A stretch of 64,000 bases of DNA from Botryllus schlosseri (taxonomy: Eukaryota): positions 5,146,001 to 5,210,000 of the forward strand of contig CM119373.1 in NCBI GenBank assembly GCA_051294905.1. The letters are read 5' to 3'. The number at the start of each line of letters is the position of its first letter. The stretch's first letter is position 1. Below the pieces are notes generated by a model. It had not been told where the DNA came from, did no database searches, and saw nothing but the letters and a program-made list of their open reading frames with translations. Of this stretch, positions 36,177 through 49,566 are shown one piece after another. The translations under genes were made by a program, and so were the position numbers.

Positions 36177-36559
36177 GCCTAGTGAATCAGTAGCAACGTG
36201 TACCAGTTTACGCCATCCAGACGACAATGTTTCATCAAACCCTAACCCTCGATCACTAATGAGTAATGAGTCTAAAAATTTACGAACTATTAGTATTTTA
36301 CAAATTGAGCAGCTGAAAAAACGCTTTTATATTATGACGACTATTTGACACACCGTGCTCTCTGCGTCGGTGGTTCCCAGAGTGGGTGTCAGCATGGGTC
36401 ATGAAATGAGCGAATGAAGGAGGTTAGAAGGCAACTGCTCCGTAGTGTTAAAACGATAGCTAAATGAAGCAGCCATAAATACGCAGTAATATGCAAAATC
36501 GAGTCAGTCAGGGCAATTTCGGTTCGGTCGTCTATTTAGTAAGCCACACCAGAAAAGTC

Positions 36560-37925
36560 CATTGTTACTTGACAACGTTGATCCTGCCCACCAATGAACT
36601 ATAATCGTCAGATTCATGGTAAAGCGTGGTTGATTGTGTGCTGTGAGAGCTACGAAGTCTTCGAACAGTTATTGCAAATGCGGAGCCGGGATGCGTATAT
36701 CACGTGGAATACACTTTACTCATACTCAAGCTTAGCGACAACTTTCAGATGTTGCTGACTGAATGTACCTTGGATGACAATATATCTATTTGCGCAATAT
36801 CCCCATCAAGAAAACCGTTGAAAGTAGTCCTGAAGTGTCGTTAATCCTGCATACTCTTCGTTACCATCCAGCGTTGAATAACTTCTGGCGACGTCGATGC
36901 TGTGGTACGATTCTGCATTTGCAAGTTTGTTGTTTATATTGCGACTTAACGTAACGGCCTGCTCTGAACTCCGTCTACATACTTGGGGAGTATATATTTG
37001 AAGCAGAAATGATGGATGGGCGATTGAACACAAACGAGGATATGTTATCCATTGTGTAAAGTTGCAGTCGACATACTTTTACGTTCAGCAAAAATTATAG
37101 ATGTTAAATACATTTGATACTAAGAGTCGTTTGATAAACAAGAGGTAGAAATAATTGCTAATCAGTCCACTCACATCTGTTGACATCTTTCCTTACATCC
37201 TCCTCCTATTAATACTAGTATTATACTACACATTCTGGCTCGATAACGATGAAATCCGGTCATATTCGGCCTGAAATGGAACGGTGGCGTAAGTTATGCG
37301 ATAAATTGTCCGTTTGATAGCTCGGAGACTTCGGCGACATCACACCTTTGCCATCACCACCTTGTGACATCACACCTTTGCCATCACCCCCTTGACTCCG
37401 GGAGGGTAATCATGCTGCGAAATCGGCCTGCTCTGTGATTCCACTTTGAATAATTCGTTTACCCCTTCTCTTGTGCCAGTACGTTTGGGCCAACTCGTCA
37501 TATTCCCGGATAGGTGCAATCAATAACGGCGGTTCGTTCCAACCTACCGTTACGCGGTTACATAGTGCGCCCGCGAATAGCCTCCGGGGATTGGTATGGG
37601 GTCCAAACGTATTCTTGGCATGGCAGTTGATGATGCCGGTTTTGTCTTATTATAACAACAGTCATCTTCGTATTGAGGCCTGCTTTTCGAAGTATCACGG
37701 TGCCGCCTCGAGAAGATGAACATATCGGAGCCCATACTTCCACATATCCGTATCGCTCTCCTGCAAGATGTTAAGTATAATTTAATTTCGAGTCGACCCG
37801 ACTCTTATCATACTCCCGCTTATTCTGGGGTTCGTGGCAGATGAGCACAATCATTGCGATATTTGAAAGCGGAGGTTACCCGCTGCGCTTCCCCCATTAT
37901 TTTTGTCTCGAATCGAATCGCCGCG
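36560..37925 (-). pseudogene. Degraded RTE-like LINE reverse-transcriptase remnant, copy 1
   Basis: Weak motifs (INNKLANA..STLDGNEEY..LQDYFQRF/LMGILR resembling RI.KA..LLYG.E.W..LE.FHQRCLRRIL); homologous to 38640-40040. Confidence 0.45.
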
Positions 37926-38639
37926 GAAATAAATCACACGAACGTCGGTTTGTCACAATTTGAAAGGAATAGAATTCCATCGTCTCGGCTGTTATTGAAT
38001 AAAAGTCAATGTTACATAAGATCGCAAACAAAAACCCTCTGGTCGTTCGTGATGCTGTTTATACCTGGAAAGAACGTAATCCATAGTCTCCTTAATAACT
38101 GCGCAATGCTAATTATATAGCTGGCGTGAAACTGCATCTCAATCAAAGGTTCGTGATGAATGAAAATGTCATTTAAAATGATATTTCTGGTATCGCGAGT
38201 CTCAAGTTGTACAATATGTACATTGTACAATGTACATGTACAGCTGCATACGAAATCTACATTTTCACGAGCCATGGTGGTAATAGTGCTGTTATCCAGG
38301 CTGACCTTACTGTGCATTTAAAACCCATGACCTCGAGGTATCAAATTTATGCTTACGCTTCCCCTCTGCCAAGGCAAATCCGATTTGACGTAAGCCTGTA
38401 TATCTCGATTGGAAGTGCTGCGCGCGAAGCACTTTCACACCGTCTGGTCAGTAATGAGTTGCATATAGTTTTTCGGGTGCTCGAATAGACTTGCTTAATT
38501 GCAGTATTTACTCAATTGGTTATGATGTTGACCTAATCACACTTCTAAATCGTTTTCTGTTTTTCTGTCAAACCTCGGCCTACAATATTTACTTTTTTAC
38601 TTACTTGGAATTCGCTACTGCTATATGCTTGTACTTGAG

Positions 38640-40040
38640 TACGAAGACGATGCTGAAGTAGCAACGATAACTGCTTTAACCGCCGCTGATTGTGATCAGC
38701 GATGTTAGCAAAGTGCACTTCCAGAAATCGCTTATTTTCGTCAACGCAACGAATTTCAGGGACGACAATCAGAATTCTTGCTATTGCGCAGGTGCTCAGT
38801 GAGCTTGTTCTCAAATCTACGGAGCCGATATGCGTATATGTGACATTCCCACTGCGCATCACGAGGAATACATTCTACTCTACCTTAGCGACAGCTTTCA
38901 AGTGTTGTAGACTCGTCCACTACCAAATTGGTATAGCATAACTATTTGCGCAATATCCGCATGAAACACCTTTGTAGACATTCCTGAAGTGCAACTGTCC
39001 ATTCTGAACTCCGTCTACACACGCTGGGTTCGTGTATAGGCCACTTTAGGAGTATATATTTGCAGCAGAAAATACGGCGGGCAATCCAACACAAACGCGA
39101 ATATGTTATCCATTGTATAAAATTGCATCCCACATTTTAGGTTCAGCAAAATTTAGGCCTATGTAAAATACAGTTGATACAAAGTCGATTTATAAGCAAG
39201 CGGTAGAAACATTATAAAACATACCAAACTCACAAGTGTTGACAACTTTGCCAACATCCTCCTCCTAATCATATTAGCATTCTGCTACACATTATGGCTC
39301 AATAGCGATGAAATACGGTCATATTCGGCCTGAAGAGGAGCGGTGCAGGAATTTATGCCATAAATTGTCCGAATGAAAGTCGTATCGAGTGAGGGTGTTT
39401 CAATGAAACGTCTCCACCCAACTATAGTCCATGGAGCACTCTTTGCGTTACTCGGCGGATACTTCGGTAACGTCACAGCTTTGTCATGACCACCTTGTTG
39501 ACTTCGGGAGGTTAATTATGCTGCGATATCGGCCTGCTGTGTGATTCCGCTCCCGTGACTGCCGGATCCTAAGGCAATTGCAGCATTTTGGGATTAATTC
39601 AGTTTCCCCTTCTGTTGTGTCAGTATGAAATATGAATGCACTAGCCCGTCATCTTTCCGGGTAAGTCTGATCAATACCGGTCTTCTTGGTCTTCTTGGCA
39701 TGGCAGTTGATGATGCGTGTTTGATCATGTTGTTACATGAGTCATCTCGGAATGCAATATTGCGTCCCAGCGTTGAGCGATCAGCGATCCCGCCGCTCGA
39801 AGCTTAACATATCGGAACCCATACTTTTATACTTCTGTATCGCTCTACTGCAAGATAATTATAGATCTGTATCGCTCTACTGCAAGATAATAAGTATAAC
39901 TAACTTCTATTCCAGTCGACCCGACTCTCATCCTCCGCTTGTTCTGTGCTTCGGCGCAGGTGAGCAAATCAAGTCCACTGCGATGTTTGAAAGCGGAGGT
40001 TTCCCACAACGCTTCCTCCATTATGTTTTTCTATAATAGA
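38640..40040 (-). pseudogene. Degraded RTE-like LINE reverse-transcriptase remnant, copy 2
   Basis: LQECLQRCFMRILR, HLRNSKNSDCRP (cf. EL..GKR..GRP); shared blocks with copy 1 such as CTGAACTCCGTCTAC, GGTCATATTCGGCCTGAA, GTCGACCCGACTCT. Confidence 0.5.
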
Positions 40041-41666
40041 ATCGCTTCGCATATCCGGACTTGTCACATCACATTCATAAACACTATATAAATGTCTGGG
40101 TAAATTTCTTGGCATGATAACGTTTGAGGAAGCGGGTAGACAATTACACGTGTCTTCTTCGCCCTGATAGCCGTAACCCCATTACCCGCAAATTCCTCTT
40201 GTAAGAATGTACCCATTATCGCTGTTCGTACTATTCCTCCTTCCCAGAGTCAAGTTCACATTTAAGATATCACTAATGTAATATTTCCAATTATAACACT
40301 ACATTTCCGTAAAGTTGTATAATGTACATAACTAGTGACGACTCCAGACCATATTATGCTACAATGCAGAAGTACATGTTGCATTTTTAAACGTCACAAC
40401 GTCACATCTATATACCGGTTTCTACACTTGTGCCACATATACCGGTTTCTGCACTTGGGCATCATCTTTAGAGTATATACCGGTTTCTACACTTGTGCTA
40501 CGGATGGTATCTTGAAAACAAGCACAAAGTAACCTGCACCCGATCGCAAGGATTTGATTTTTATGATACAACAATGATATCGAATCAAAATATATCAGGT
40601 ACGCCTGGTAGGATTTTTACGTTAGACGCCGCTGCATTTTTTATATCAATTTCGTTGGTTGAAATCACCAACTGATTGTTTGGTCGACCAAGTACAATTC
40701 ACTGACTTACTACATGTGGTGTGTTTCGTTTTTGCTGTTGTGTGATTGCGGGCAGAGCTCAAAGAAGAGAGTCACTGAAGATTCACAAACGGAAAGCTGA
40801 ATATTCTGAGCAGATATTCGAGCAAATAACTTGGAAATTAGCAAGGTGCACGTTCGTCTAGTGCTGAATATATTTTGTGCTGCCAGCACCATGCGGAGAG
40901 TGGCCTGAATTTAATATGAGAAGAATTTCAACCAAAGAAGTGATAATGACGTGTAGAAAATAGTATTACGTGAAATGAAAAAGGTTAACAGTGCACAGCC
41001 TAGCTAGGTTTGTTTGTGAACGCGAACCTCCCAATTCCAGACGTTCACTCACAACGTTACCGTTCATACCATCTCTAATTAATATATTACTTTACGGAAT
41101 TGTTGGGTTGGGATTAGAAAAATGACGGCACCTGGTGTGATAGGTTCACGTTCGCGTTCACACAGAAACCTTTCAAGGGTTTGCCCATCCCCTAGAATTA
41201 ATTTTAGCGTCATAAAGTCGGATGAAGACAGACGCTCCCTTTCCACTCTGTATGTATTTTAATTTCCGTTCTGACATACTACACTTCAGGCTGCATCAAA
41301 GTAAGATATTACGTCGGTTTGATGACATTCGTAGAATATGCTTGGTGTTTAAACCTACGCGACATAAATGCCTCATAATCCGGTAAAATATATGTTCGAA
41401 CCTCTGAAACATAACATAATCTATCGTTTAATTGCACTCTGGGATCGAATTCAGACACTCAATGAATGTGCCCGCTACTGTGAGCTCAATTCTCCGCGAC
41501 CTATCAATGAGTCATAAGTAAATGTAATAAATACACTTGAATATCAGGCCAGCAATGTCAATGGTACGACTCTACACGGGAGCCTAAGTCAATAAATACA
41601 TAATTTCTTTGGATCCTCAGTTAGATATGAATGATTTGTTGGAAGATTCGCATTATTCCTCTAAGC

Positions 41667-42903
41667 CAGGGGTTCTCAAAGGGTGGGCCACTGAGCATTT
41701 TGAGGTGGGTTACAAAGCTATTTAGAAAATTTTAGAATTAGTGTAAGTTTAGTTATATTTGTTATGTTAAAACGCTAGAAATATATTCAAATGTTAAAAC
41801 GCTAGAAATATATTAACAACCTTTTCATCCGACTTTGAGATGAAGTGGCACGTATGGAGTCAGCATGTACAAGTCGAAAACGGGAGGGACTTCCCGCGGC
41901 TTTTTCCACTGGGTATAACAACCTACAGCTAACAGCAAATAAAGTAATTTCGAGTATATAAGAACTGGAATGTAATGCTGAAGTAGCCAAGTATTCCGTC
42001 AGGGTCATATGTCGTATGCCATCGAAAGGGTGTGCAATTAACTCGGAATGAAGTGTAATTGATGTATATAGATTTACTACTTCGACAGGTCGTATTATTG
42101 TAAGACAAAAATATCCATAATTAAAAATTATTAGCAACTTCTGGTGAAGCCATACTACACCACCGCAACGAATCGTAATGGATTGAGGATTCAGCGGAGC
42201 GCATTATTCTTTGGAGTTGGTTTAAAATTTCCGGCCTGGAAATCATTGAACATAATGTAAGAGTCACATGAATTGATTGTATCATTGGATTGAATATTCA
42301 GACATCGCAACTTCAGTTATTTGGTACAAGACATGCAATGTACATTGTACAGCATGCATATTAAAAAAAAACTATTTCTTCTCTTCTCTGTAGTACTAGC
42401 ACCCAATTCATTATCGCATTGTTTGAAGCTTGCCCAGAATGATTATATTGTTCCCCACAATAGTGGAACTAAAACCCAAATGACACAGTGGATGCGGGGA
42501 TTCGATCATTGTGTTTCGCGACGCGACTGGAGTAGCGGACGATCATAATATACACAGAAGTTATAGCCTATGATCTGCCAGGACCTTAACCGCCGCATCC
42601 AAAACCCCAATTGGGGGAGCTGGAAACGGCCCGGGATTATTTCGTTGGTCGTTTATTGGAGGATAATCATTCAACTCGAAAATTTTCGTCACGCTTCGCG
42701 ATTTCGCGTCCCCAGAGGTCTCGATTTAAATATCATCAGTAAATTAACAGAAAAATGCGCATATTTTAGATAAATAGGCATATCAGCTCCGTGAACTACC
42801 ACGCAATGAACAGGAACGTGTCTCTAAGATAAGAGGTGGACCACAATACATTTTAAAACCGGAAAATGGGCCACGGCGGCCAAGAAATGGCTGAGAACCC
42901 CTG
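41667..42903. mobile_element. hAT non-autonomous element
   Basis: TIRs CAGGGGTTCTCA / TGAGAACCCCTG; TSD CTCTAAGC at 41659-41666 and 42904-42911. Confidence 0.9.
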
Positions 42904-43087
42904 CTCTAAGCCTTGCATTCGAATGGCGGTCTGTTGTGCTCAACTCAATGTTTTTTTCAAGTAACCTGAGCTTTAATGGGGCATATGTCCTCTATGATCT
43001 AATTAATATAAGGTCATTCCAATTCAATGTTCAATTGTAGATATGCAACTCGTCCAGTGTCGTGAATATGCTTTGTCAAATGCGAAT

Positions 43088-43601
43088 TAGAGGTCGACCG
43101 ATTATCGACATGGCCGATTATCGAGGCCGGTATTTAGAGCGTTCCCGATTATCGATATCGGCCGATATTTTATATTTAAAAATTTCCGAAATTCAATGCT
43201 CTCAAGAAATCGCCAACGCAAATGGCGATATATGACAGATTTACCCTTGCAGGACGAGTTTAGCTGGGTGAGCATGCAGAGAAACTATGCTTCCTGCATT
43301 ACATTCTACCTTTTCTGGACTGATTTGCAATTCTGTATCATATTTTGCTTTTTGGGTTATCCGAAATTTCATCGAATGTGCACAATTAAGCAATAATTCT
43401 TTTCAATTTCAGTTTTCTCGTTTGTTGTTCAGCTTTCTGTGGCATGTACAAGCGCCATATTGCCTAATATATATAGTTGTTGGTGAAATTGTTCTCTGCT
43501 CCTTCCATATTAATATCGACCTATGATATCGGCATCGACCATGTGAGTGAGCCGATATATCGGTATCGGCCTGTAAAAATCAATATCGGTCGATATCTTA
43601 T
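43088..43601. mobile_element. hAT (Ac-type) MITE with CCGATAT/ATCGG subterminal repeats
   Basis: Left TAGAGGTCGACCGAT, degenerate right ATCGGTCGATATCTTA; near-TSD ATGCGAAT / ATACGAAT. Confidence 0.7.
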
Positions 43602-44625
43602 ATACGAATGCGATCACTATACGAAAGAGTTCCGTTTATACTCGTGAGATCACCATTTTAAACAGGGCGGTTTGTGTTTGACCGCTATATTTACGCAATG
43701 TTTGTATGATAAATAGAACTTATTATCAATAGTGGTTTTATGTAATCGAGGAACCCATGATTCTAGTATGACTACAAAATAGTTACGTATTTGGGGCACA
43801 GATATGATCGATATAACGTTTGCGTAAAATGCAATGTATTCCGTCAACATGAATTACATGTGACCTGCGAAATGCTGTGTGTCATATAGTTTCAGCAAAT
43901 TTAGTGCAGATGACTGCTGCCAGATAAATTAGTGTAGCGTATAGAGCAGTGGCCGGGAACCTTTTTTGTCCGAAGAGCCATATTGACCGTATACTTTCCA
44001 TTTTACCTCCCAAAGGAGCCATACATGTCAATCAACTACTACGTCACAGTTGGAAAAAATCGTGACGTCATGGTAGCGCAAATTCGACATCACTACATGG
44101 AATTCGACGTTTGCTCCGTATTTTCTCAGTAAAAACTCGTACCAATCATGCTCGTACTTATCATGCTGGTTGCCTTATTTGAATAATGAGTATGCAAAAC
44201 TTGAGATACATAGATTGCTCGCAAGTAAGATATTCTTAATTGTATTGCACTGTAAGGCATATAATATTTTTCGAAGCTTAAGACGAATAACATTTAGGTT
44301 TCAAACAGACGTAGACAACAGTAAAAGTATGAATCTATAGTTGCGTCTTTTGGTATTGCATGCTATTCATCCTGGTGGCTTTTTGGTATGGTTGATAATT
44401 GTTAAGGATAAGCCTCATACAAAATGTGAGACTTTCGTCAGTCATACAAGATCGTTAGTTCGTCTTGATGCTATTCTTGAATGCGATGACCCATGATGGC
44501 ATACGTAGGTGGAGCCAAACATGTGGTCAATATTGGTCATTATACATTAGTATACATTACATACCCATTTGTGATGCGTCAGTGACTTGGGGTCAGGGGA
44601 GGTAAGTGGGGTAGTGCATCTAGGC

Positions 44626-46241
44626 CAGAGGTCTCAAACACGGGGCCCGGGGCCGCATGCGGCCCGCGACGACATTTTACATTTTTATTAATTTGACAGT
44701 GTCTGATATATCTTTTCAGGTTAAAAAGTGAAAATTCCCCCTTAAAGGGGCACTGCGCTCTAAAAATGATGTGGTCTCAAATTGAAGGTAAAAATGAACA
44801 AAAATTTTTGGCCGCGGCCATCTCCTTCAGAACGTCACCGTAATGGAGCTGCAATTTATTGAAATTTCTACAAGACCAGCTGCCGCGGCTGCTTAACCCG
44901 TTACATGGCACGATATCTTCACCGTCGCACTTCTTCGACGCGATTAGGCAGTCACGCAGAGAACGAATTTTAGATAGTTGTCAGCCGATGTTATGAAGGA
45001 ATTGTGTCTAAGTTTCGTTCTCTGTGACTGCCTTATCGCGTCGAGCAAGTGCGACGATAAAGACATCGTGCCATGTAACGGGTTAAGCAGCCGCGGCAGC
45101 TGGTCTTGTAGAAATTTCAATAATTTGCAGCTCCATTACGGTGGCGTTCTGAAGGAAATGGCTGCGGCCAAAAATTTTTGTTCGTTTTTACCTTCAATTT
45201 GAGACCACATCATTTTTAGAGCGCAGTGCCCCTTGAAATTGATCCGAAAGCCCGAAACTATTCATCAAACTTCACCATCACATCAATTGCAAACGCTACC
45301 ATGCTGTGGAAGATTCACTATTTCGCCACATTTCCAATTCATGATGACCTTTCTCAGAATTACTCAGACTCGGGCTAACTCGATGGCAAAATGAAAATGA
45401 CTCGAGTGGACTCGAAGTGACTCGGAATGCCGTAAATTTGTTAGAACCATGGACGCAACAAACTAATCGCGTAGTAATATATCAGAAGGTCGCAGCTTGG
45501 TATTTCGCTAACTAAGCAAGTAATTATGGCAACCATTGGCAATCTGTTAGTTTCATCTTTGGTCGCTAAACCATATTATTAAGGCCACTTACAGGTACTG
45601 AGTACCGTTGTTGTACGCTCCAACGACGTAACAACAATGGGCCGTTCGGCTTTCTGAAATTTCAATCACTAGGGCCTATAGGACACATTCATTAATATAT
45701 TTATATTATATTCATACTTTTTTCTGCTCCTATATTTGAGGATATTTGGCCACAATATTAATAGACTTCTTATCAGAAGTATATACCCGAATCTTGAATT
45801 GGAATTACAATGATCAACCTAAAATGTTTTGATATCAGATCAGTCTCTATTTATCAATCTGTTAAAATCAAAATATGCATAGTAGCTGCAAAATTATAAC
45901 CCGATATAGCTATTATGATGGCATCATACATTTGTCCGCCCATATGGTGTCTATATCTTATAATTAATATATATCAAATACAACAACAATTATATTCAAA
46001 TAGTTATATATGTAATGATTCTTTTCGTGTCAGGCCTAATTTGATACAAGAGTAAATCACATTTTGACGATGTGGTTTTACTTGCAGTCTGCTGGATCAG
46101 CTCACTTTTAATACGACTATTCATTCCCGCCAAATAAGGCCTACTTGGAAAGGCATAGAATACCCCTATAAATGCTGCGGCCCGCGGCGTCATCAAAACT
46201 GGAAAACTGGCCCGCGAGCACATTTGAGTTTGAGACCTCTG
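44626..46241. mobile_element. hAT MITE nested in 43947-46986
   Basis: TIRs CAGAGGTCTCAAAC / GTTTGAGACCTCTG; TSD ATCTAGGC at 44618-44625 and 46242-46249. Confidence 0.92.
44746..45233. mobile_element. Palindromic MITE (~230-bp arms, ~30-bp spacer), Kolobok-like
   Basis: AGGGGCACTGCGCTCTAAAAATGATGTGG... / ...CCACATCATTTTTAGAGCGCAGTGCCCCT; flanked by TTAA and TGAA. TTAA target with RR..YY termini is the Kolobok pattern; superfamily call tentative. Confidence 0.75.
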
Positions 46242-47447
46242 ATCTAGGCTCACCTGTCTTCTAGATTTTGAACATTTTTACTACTAAAATCGCGCAACTG
46301 CATATTTATTGTTAGAAAATAAAGTTCGAAACAGAGGCTAAGGCATTGTGATAGCGCAATTCATCGTAGGTATTATGGAATGTATAATAATGATATTATT
46401 CTAATGTTATTGTCGCACTGATTCCGATTCGGCTTCTCAATTATCGATCTATTCGGCGGTAACATTTGCGCAACACGCCTACATTTCAATAGCGACCACA
46501 AAGCTATGTTATCAATCAAGAACGCGGATAGCTATGGCGGTGTTTGTAATTTGAATTTGTAATTGTGAATGTCAATTCCACGGCAGTTTATTTTTCGCCG
46601 GAGACCGTATAGAGACAATGTATATTTGAAAACTACATTGTGATATATAGGCACCGCCATGTCTCCTAGTCTGTTTGATCAATGAATGCATCGTGCAATT
46701 CAAGATTTCGTAACGGGTACATCGAATTTGCGAGTGATGTTGGTCTCCAGCGCGACATCAACTTAAATTTGAGGATTTTGAAATGGGAGTCCGAATCCCT
46801 AATCTTGAATACGTCACTGTATTAACCTCAAAAGGACATTTTTATTCTGCCACAAGAATAAATATACTGCTCGTGCTGACGATTTAATAACAAGTTGCGG
46901 CAATATTAATGAATTAGGCACAAAAATAAAAAATTCGCAAAGAGCCATATCGTATGCCCCAAAGAGCCATAGGTTCCCGATCACTGGTATAGAAGAGATA
47001 GCGAATAGTGATATTTCTATAAAAATAGTAATCGTTCATTGGAATTGTGGATTATTTGTAGATATCTAGTTATTTGGATAGGGAATTCTTGCTCACATAT
47101 TTCGAAATATTATGATCTAATATGTTTATGATTATAATAAGAGCCTATATATTCATGTTCCAAAAGAATAGTCACATTAAAAGCACGGTCTAACACTTCT
47201 CCCGTTCTAGCGTATATTTTCGTGATTGCTTGGGCGATCAAAGTAAATGAGGCTTTAGATATCAATTTGCGGTAATATTTACCTTTCGGATAGAACAAGC
47301 TTAATATATGCTTATCTGTCAGAATGTATGTTTTATATACATTGCATTTCTGAATATTCGCGCTATATTAGACATGCGATTTATTAGATCTATCTTAAAT
47401 AGATTACATAGATGTATGTAAAATAATACAACATGTGTTCTGTACAG

Positions 47448-47488
47448 ATCAAGTCATCCAATCAGAGGCAAAAGAAAATAAATGCTTT
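47448..47488 (+). CDS. Candidate short exon of pentraxin-domain gene (xDQVIQSEAKENKCF)
   Basis: TGTGTTCTGTACAG| acceptor and |GTAAGT donor; alternative donor 4 nt later (47492). Confidence 0.45.
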
Positions 47489-48133
47489 GTAAGTAAGAAT
47501 CCATTAAACATTTTGCAGTCAACAATACAGTAACGGTATATTACATATGAGTGCCGAAATTGTTGCTATTGTAAAGCATTTAGAGAATAACATAAATTGA
47601 AGTTCATATTCCTAGAAATGTCCTGTCGGATGTGGTCGCAATAATCGTAGGTATTCGTGCATTTGGTAGGTGCATAGAGGCCGTACGTTGCATTTGTGAT
47701 GGCGATAGCTCGAAAATTGCCGCTTACGGCTGTAAACTATAACCGGTAGGTGGCGAGATGATACATTTTGTTAGACATTGCAATGTGAACGTTGGTTGTA
47801 AATCTATCTTACATAAACTGCCTTTAGGCAGGACCTGCCAGTTGACGAGGTATATATTATTGCAGTGGTTTCAAAGTCGCTGGTGTCCAGTTTTCAAGTT
47901 TTGAAGCTTCGTTTTTTAAACTTGAAAAATTAATTTTTCGAAAATTTTTGTAATTCTTTCGGGTATATCTTGGTCTGTCTGCGACGATATATATATATAT
48001 ATTTATTTAAAATGATATCCAATAACATAACTGACCGAGATCTTGCTAAAATAGAAATTAAATTTCTCCAAAGTAATTTAACCATATGATGTTATCTAGC
48101 ACTTAATACTGCTGTATGCGTTACTTTTCACAG

Positions 48134-48143
48134 GCCATATCAA
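48134..48143 (+). CDS. Candidate 10-nt microexon (GCCATATCAA)
   Basis: TTACTTTTCACAG| and |GTAAGT; bridges phase 0 to phase 1 between neighbouring exons. Confidence 0.4.
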
Positions 48144-49294
48144 GTAAGTACACTGCAATTTCGTTTGACTATATTCTGTTGGAATATGAGACTGCATCCT
48201 GCTGGAATATGAGACTGCATCCCCTGCATGATTCTCTACAATTTCCTTTCATCTCGGATTCGAGCTTATAGCTCGATGTTATATTGATAAGAGAATGCGG
48301 AATAGAGCAGTTGTTCTGCCAGGCCATTTCCGTGAATTGCATTGTTATTGGTTGGAAGCCGACAGCTACTCTATCTACATATGGTGCTGTATTATCGTAG
48401 CATTGCTAACAAGTATAGTAACTACAGATGGAAGACGTATTGATCTTCACTAATGATGCGTAACCCAACGAATCACTCTCTATAGATGTCCACGGCGCTA
48501 CAATACATGATATCCGCCTGGACCATGGACGCATGAGAAATGCTCATTGAGCATGTGACTTTTGTCTTGGCTATTGGTTAGATTCGGTTTAGCGTTAGGG
48601 TGTCAAGGTTGTGGTAAGGAAAAGGGTTGTTATGCGTACAGGATATTGTGATAACATTCACCCGAACATAGTCTTTTTCCACGTGAATAAGTTAGGGATA
48701 CAATATTTCGAGATCCAGAAGAGAATACACTTTTTACAAATCAGAAAACTAATAGAATCGGACAATAAAGTGGGTAGTTTGAAACTTATTACTAGAAATA
48801 ATGTTGTGTTTATAAAAATAAAATGGTCATTTTTCCAACTCGACTCCCGAATGACCCGCTTCAACATAATACTACTGTTGCGTAGACTAATCCTCTAACG
48901 TATTTACTTGTCATCCTTGCCGTCACTGCCGTCGAAGTCCAGATTTACCGCCATTTAGGGCGTTTTTCTAGTTGTGCCTGTACCATCCCCATGGCTGTCA
49001 AGGCGGTAAAGAAGAACGAATTACCATAAGAGGACATTTGGGCGTCCTCGGACGACATTTTCGAGTTCTTGCTAAAGGAGAACAGATCTTCCTAAAGTCG
49101 TAGTGATGACCTTGTTTTTTTTTAGAAGGAACATTGATGGTAACCCTAGATTGACCGCATCACCACCACTACATGCGGTACGGGTATTTCGGCATCTGTC
49201 TCAAAACTTTGACGTATGTTTAGATACTTTAAAGCCGACTTCTCAAAGTAGCTGTGTGATGATGTATGTGTTTGTTTATGGTGAATAATTTCAG

Positions 49295-49447
49295 GCGAAG
49301 AAGACATTGAGCAGATCAAGGCATATATAGAAGAACGGAATATTGTGTCTTTTGAAACTGATATTAAGCCTGGAATTGAGGTCGCAACTACCGCACCAAG
49401 TTACCACCACGTTACGACGCAGCCAACGTCGAATAGGAACGAAACAG
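49295..49447 (+). CDS. Internal exon of pentraxin-domain gene (EEDIEQIKAYIEE...TTQPTSNRNET; Thr/Pro-rich linker)
   Basis: AATTTCAG| acceptor, AG|GTTGTT donor, 153 nt open, phase 1/1, joins in frame to 53306. Confidence 0.65.
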
Positions 49448-49566
49448 GTTGTTGACGCGTCCTCATGAAACTATATGCCTTTGATATATCGATTGGTCTG
49501 AGTTGCAGAAATGTAAGCCGCCCTAAATTGATGTGACATAAAACATAACATCGTTGGGTTATATTC

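Larger units (their letters stand above)
43947..46986. mobile_element. hAT element (outer member of a three-level nest)
   Basis: TIRs CAGTGGCCGGGAACCT / AGGTTCCCGATCACTG; TSD GTATAGAG / GTATAGAA; GAGCCAT subterminal repeats. Confidence 0.85.

Noticed and set aside
40335-43850. Numerous 60-110-aa ORFs in the supplied track (here and at 54250-63623)
   Set aside because: No domains, mostly non-ATG starts, and many overlap MITEs; expected by chance.
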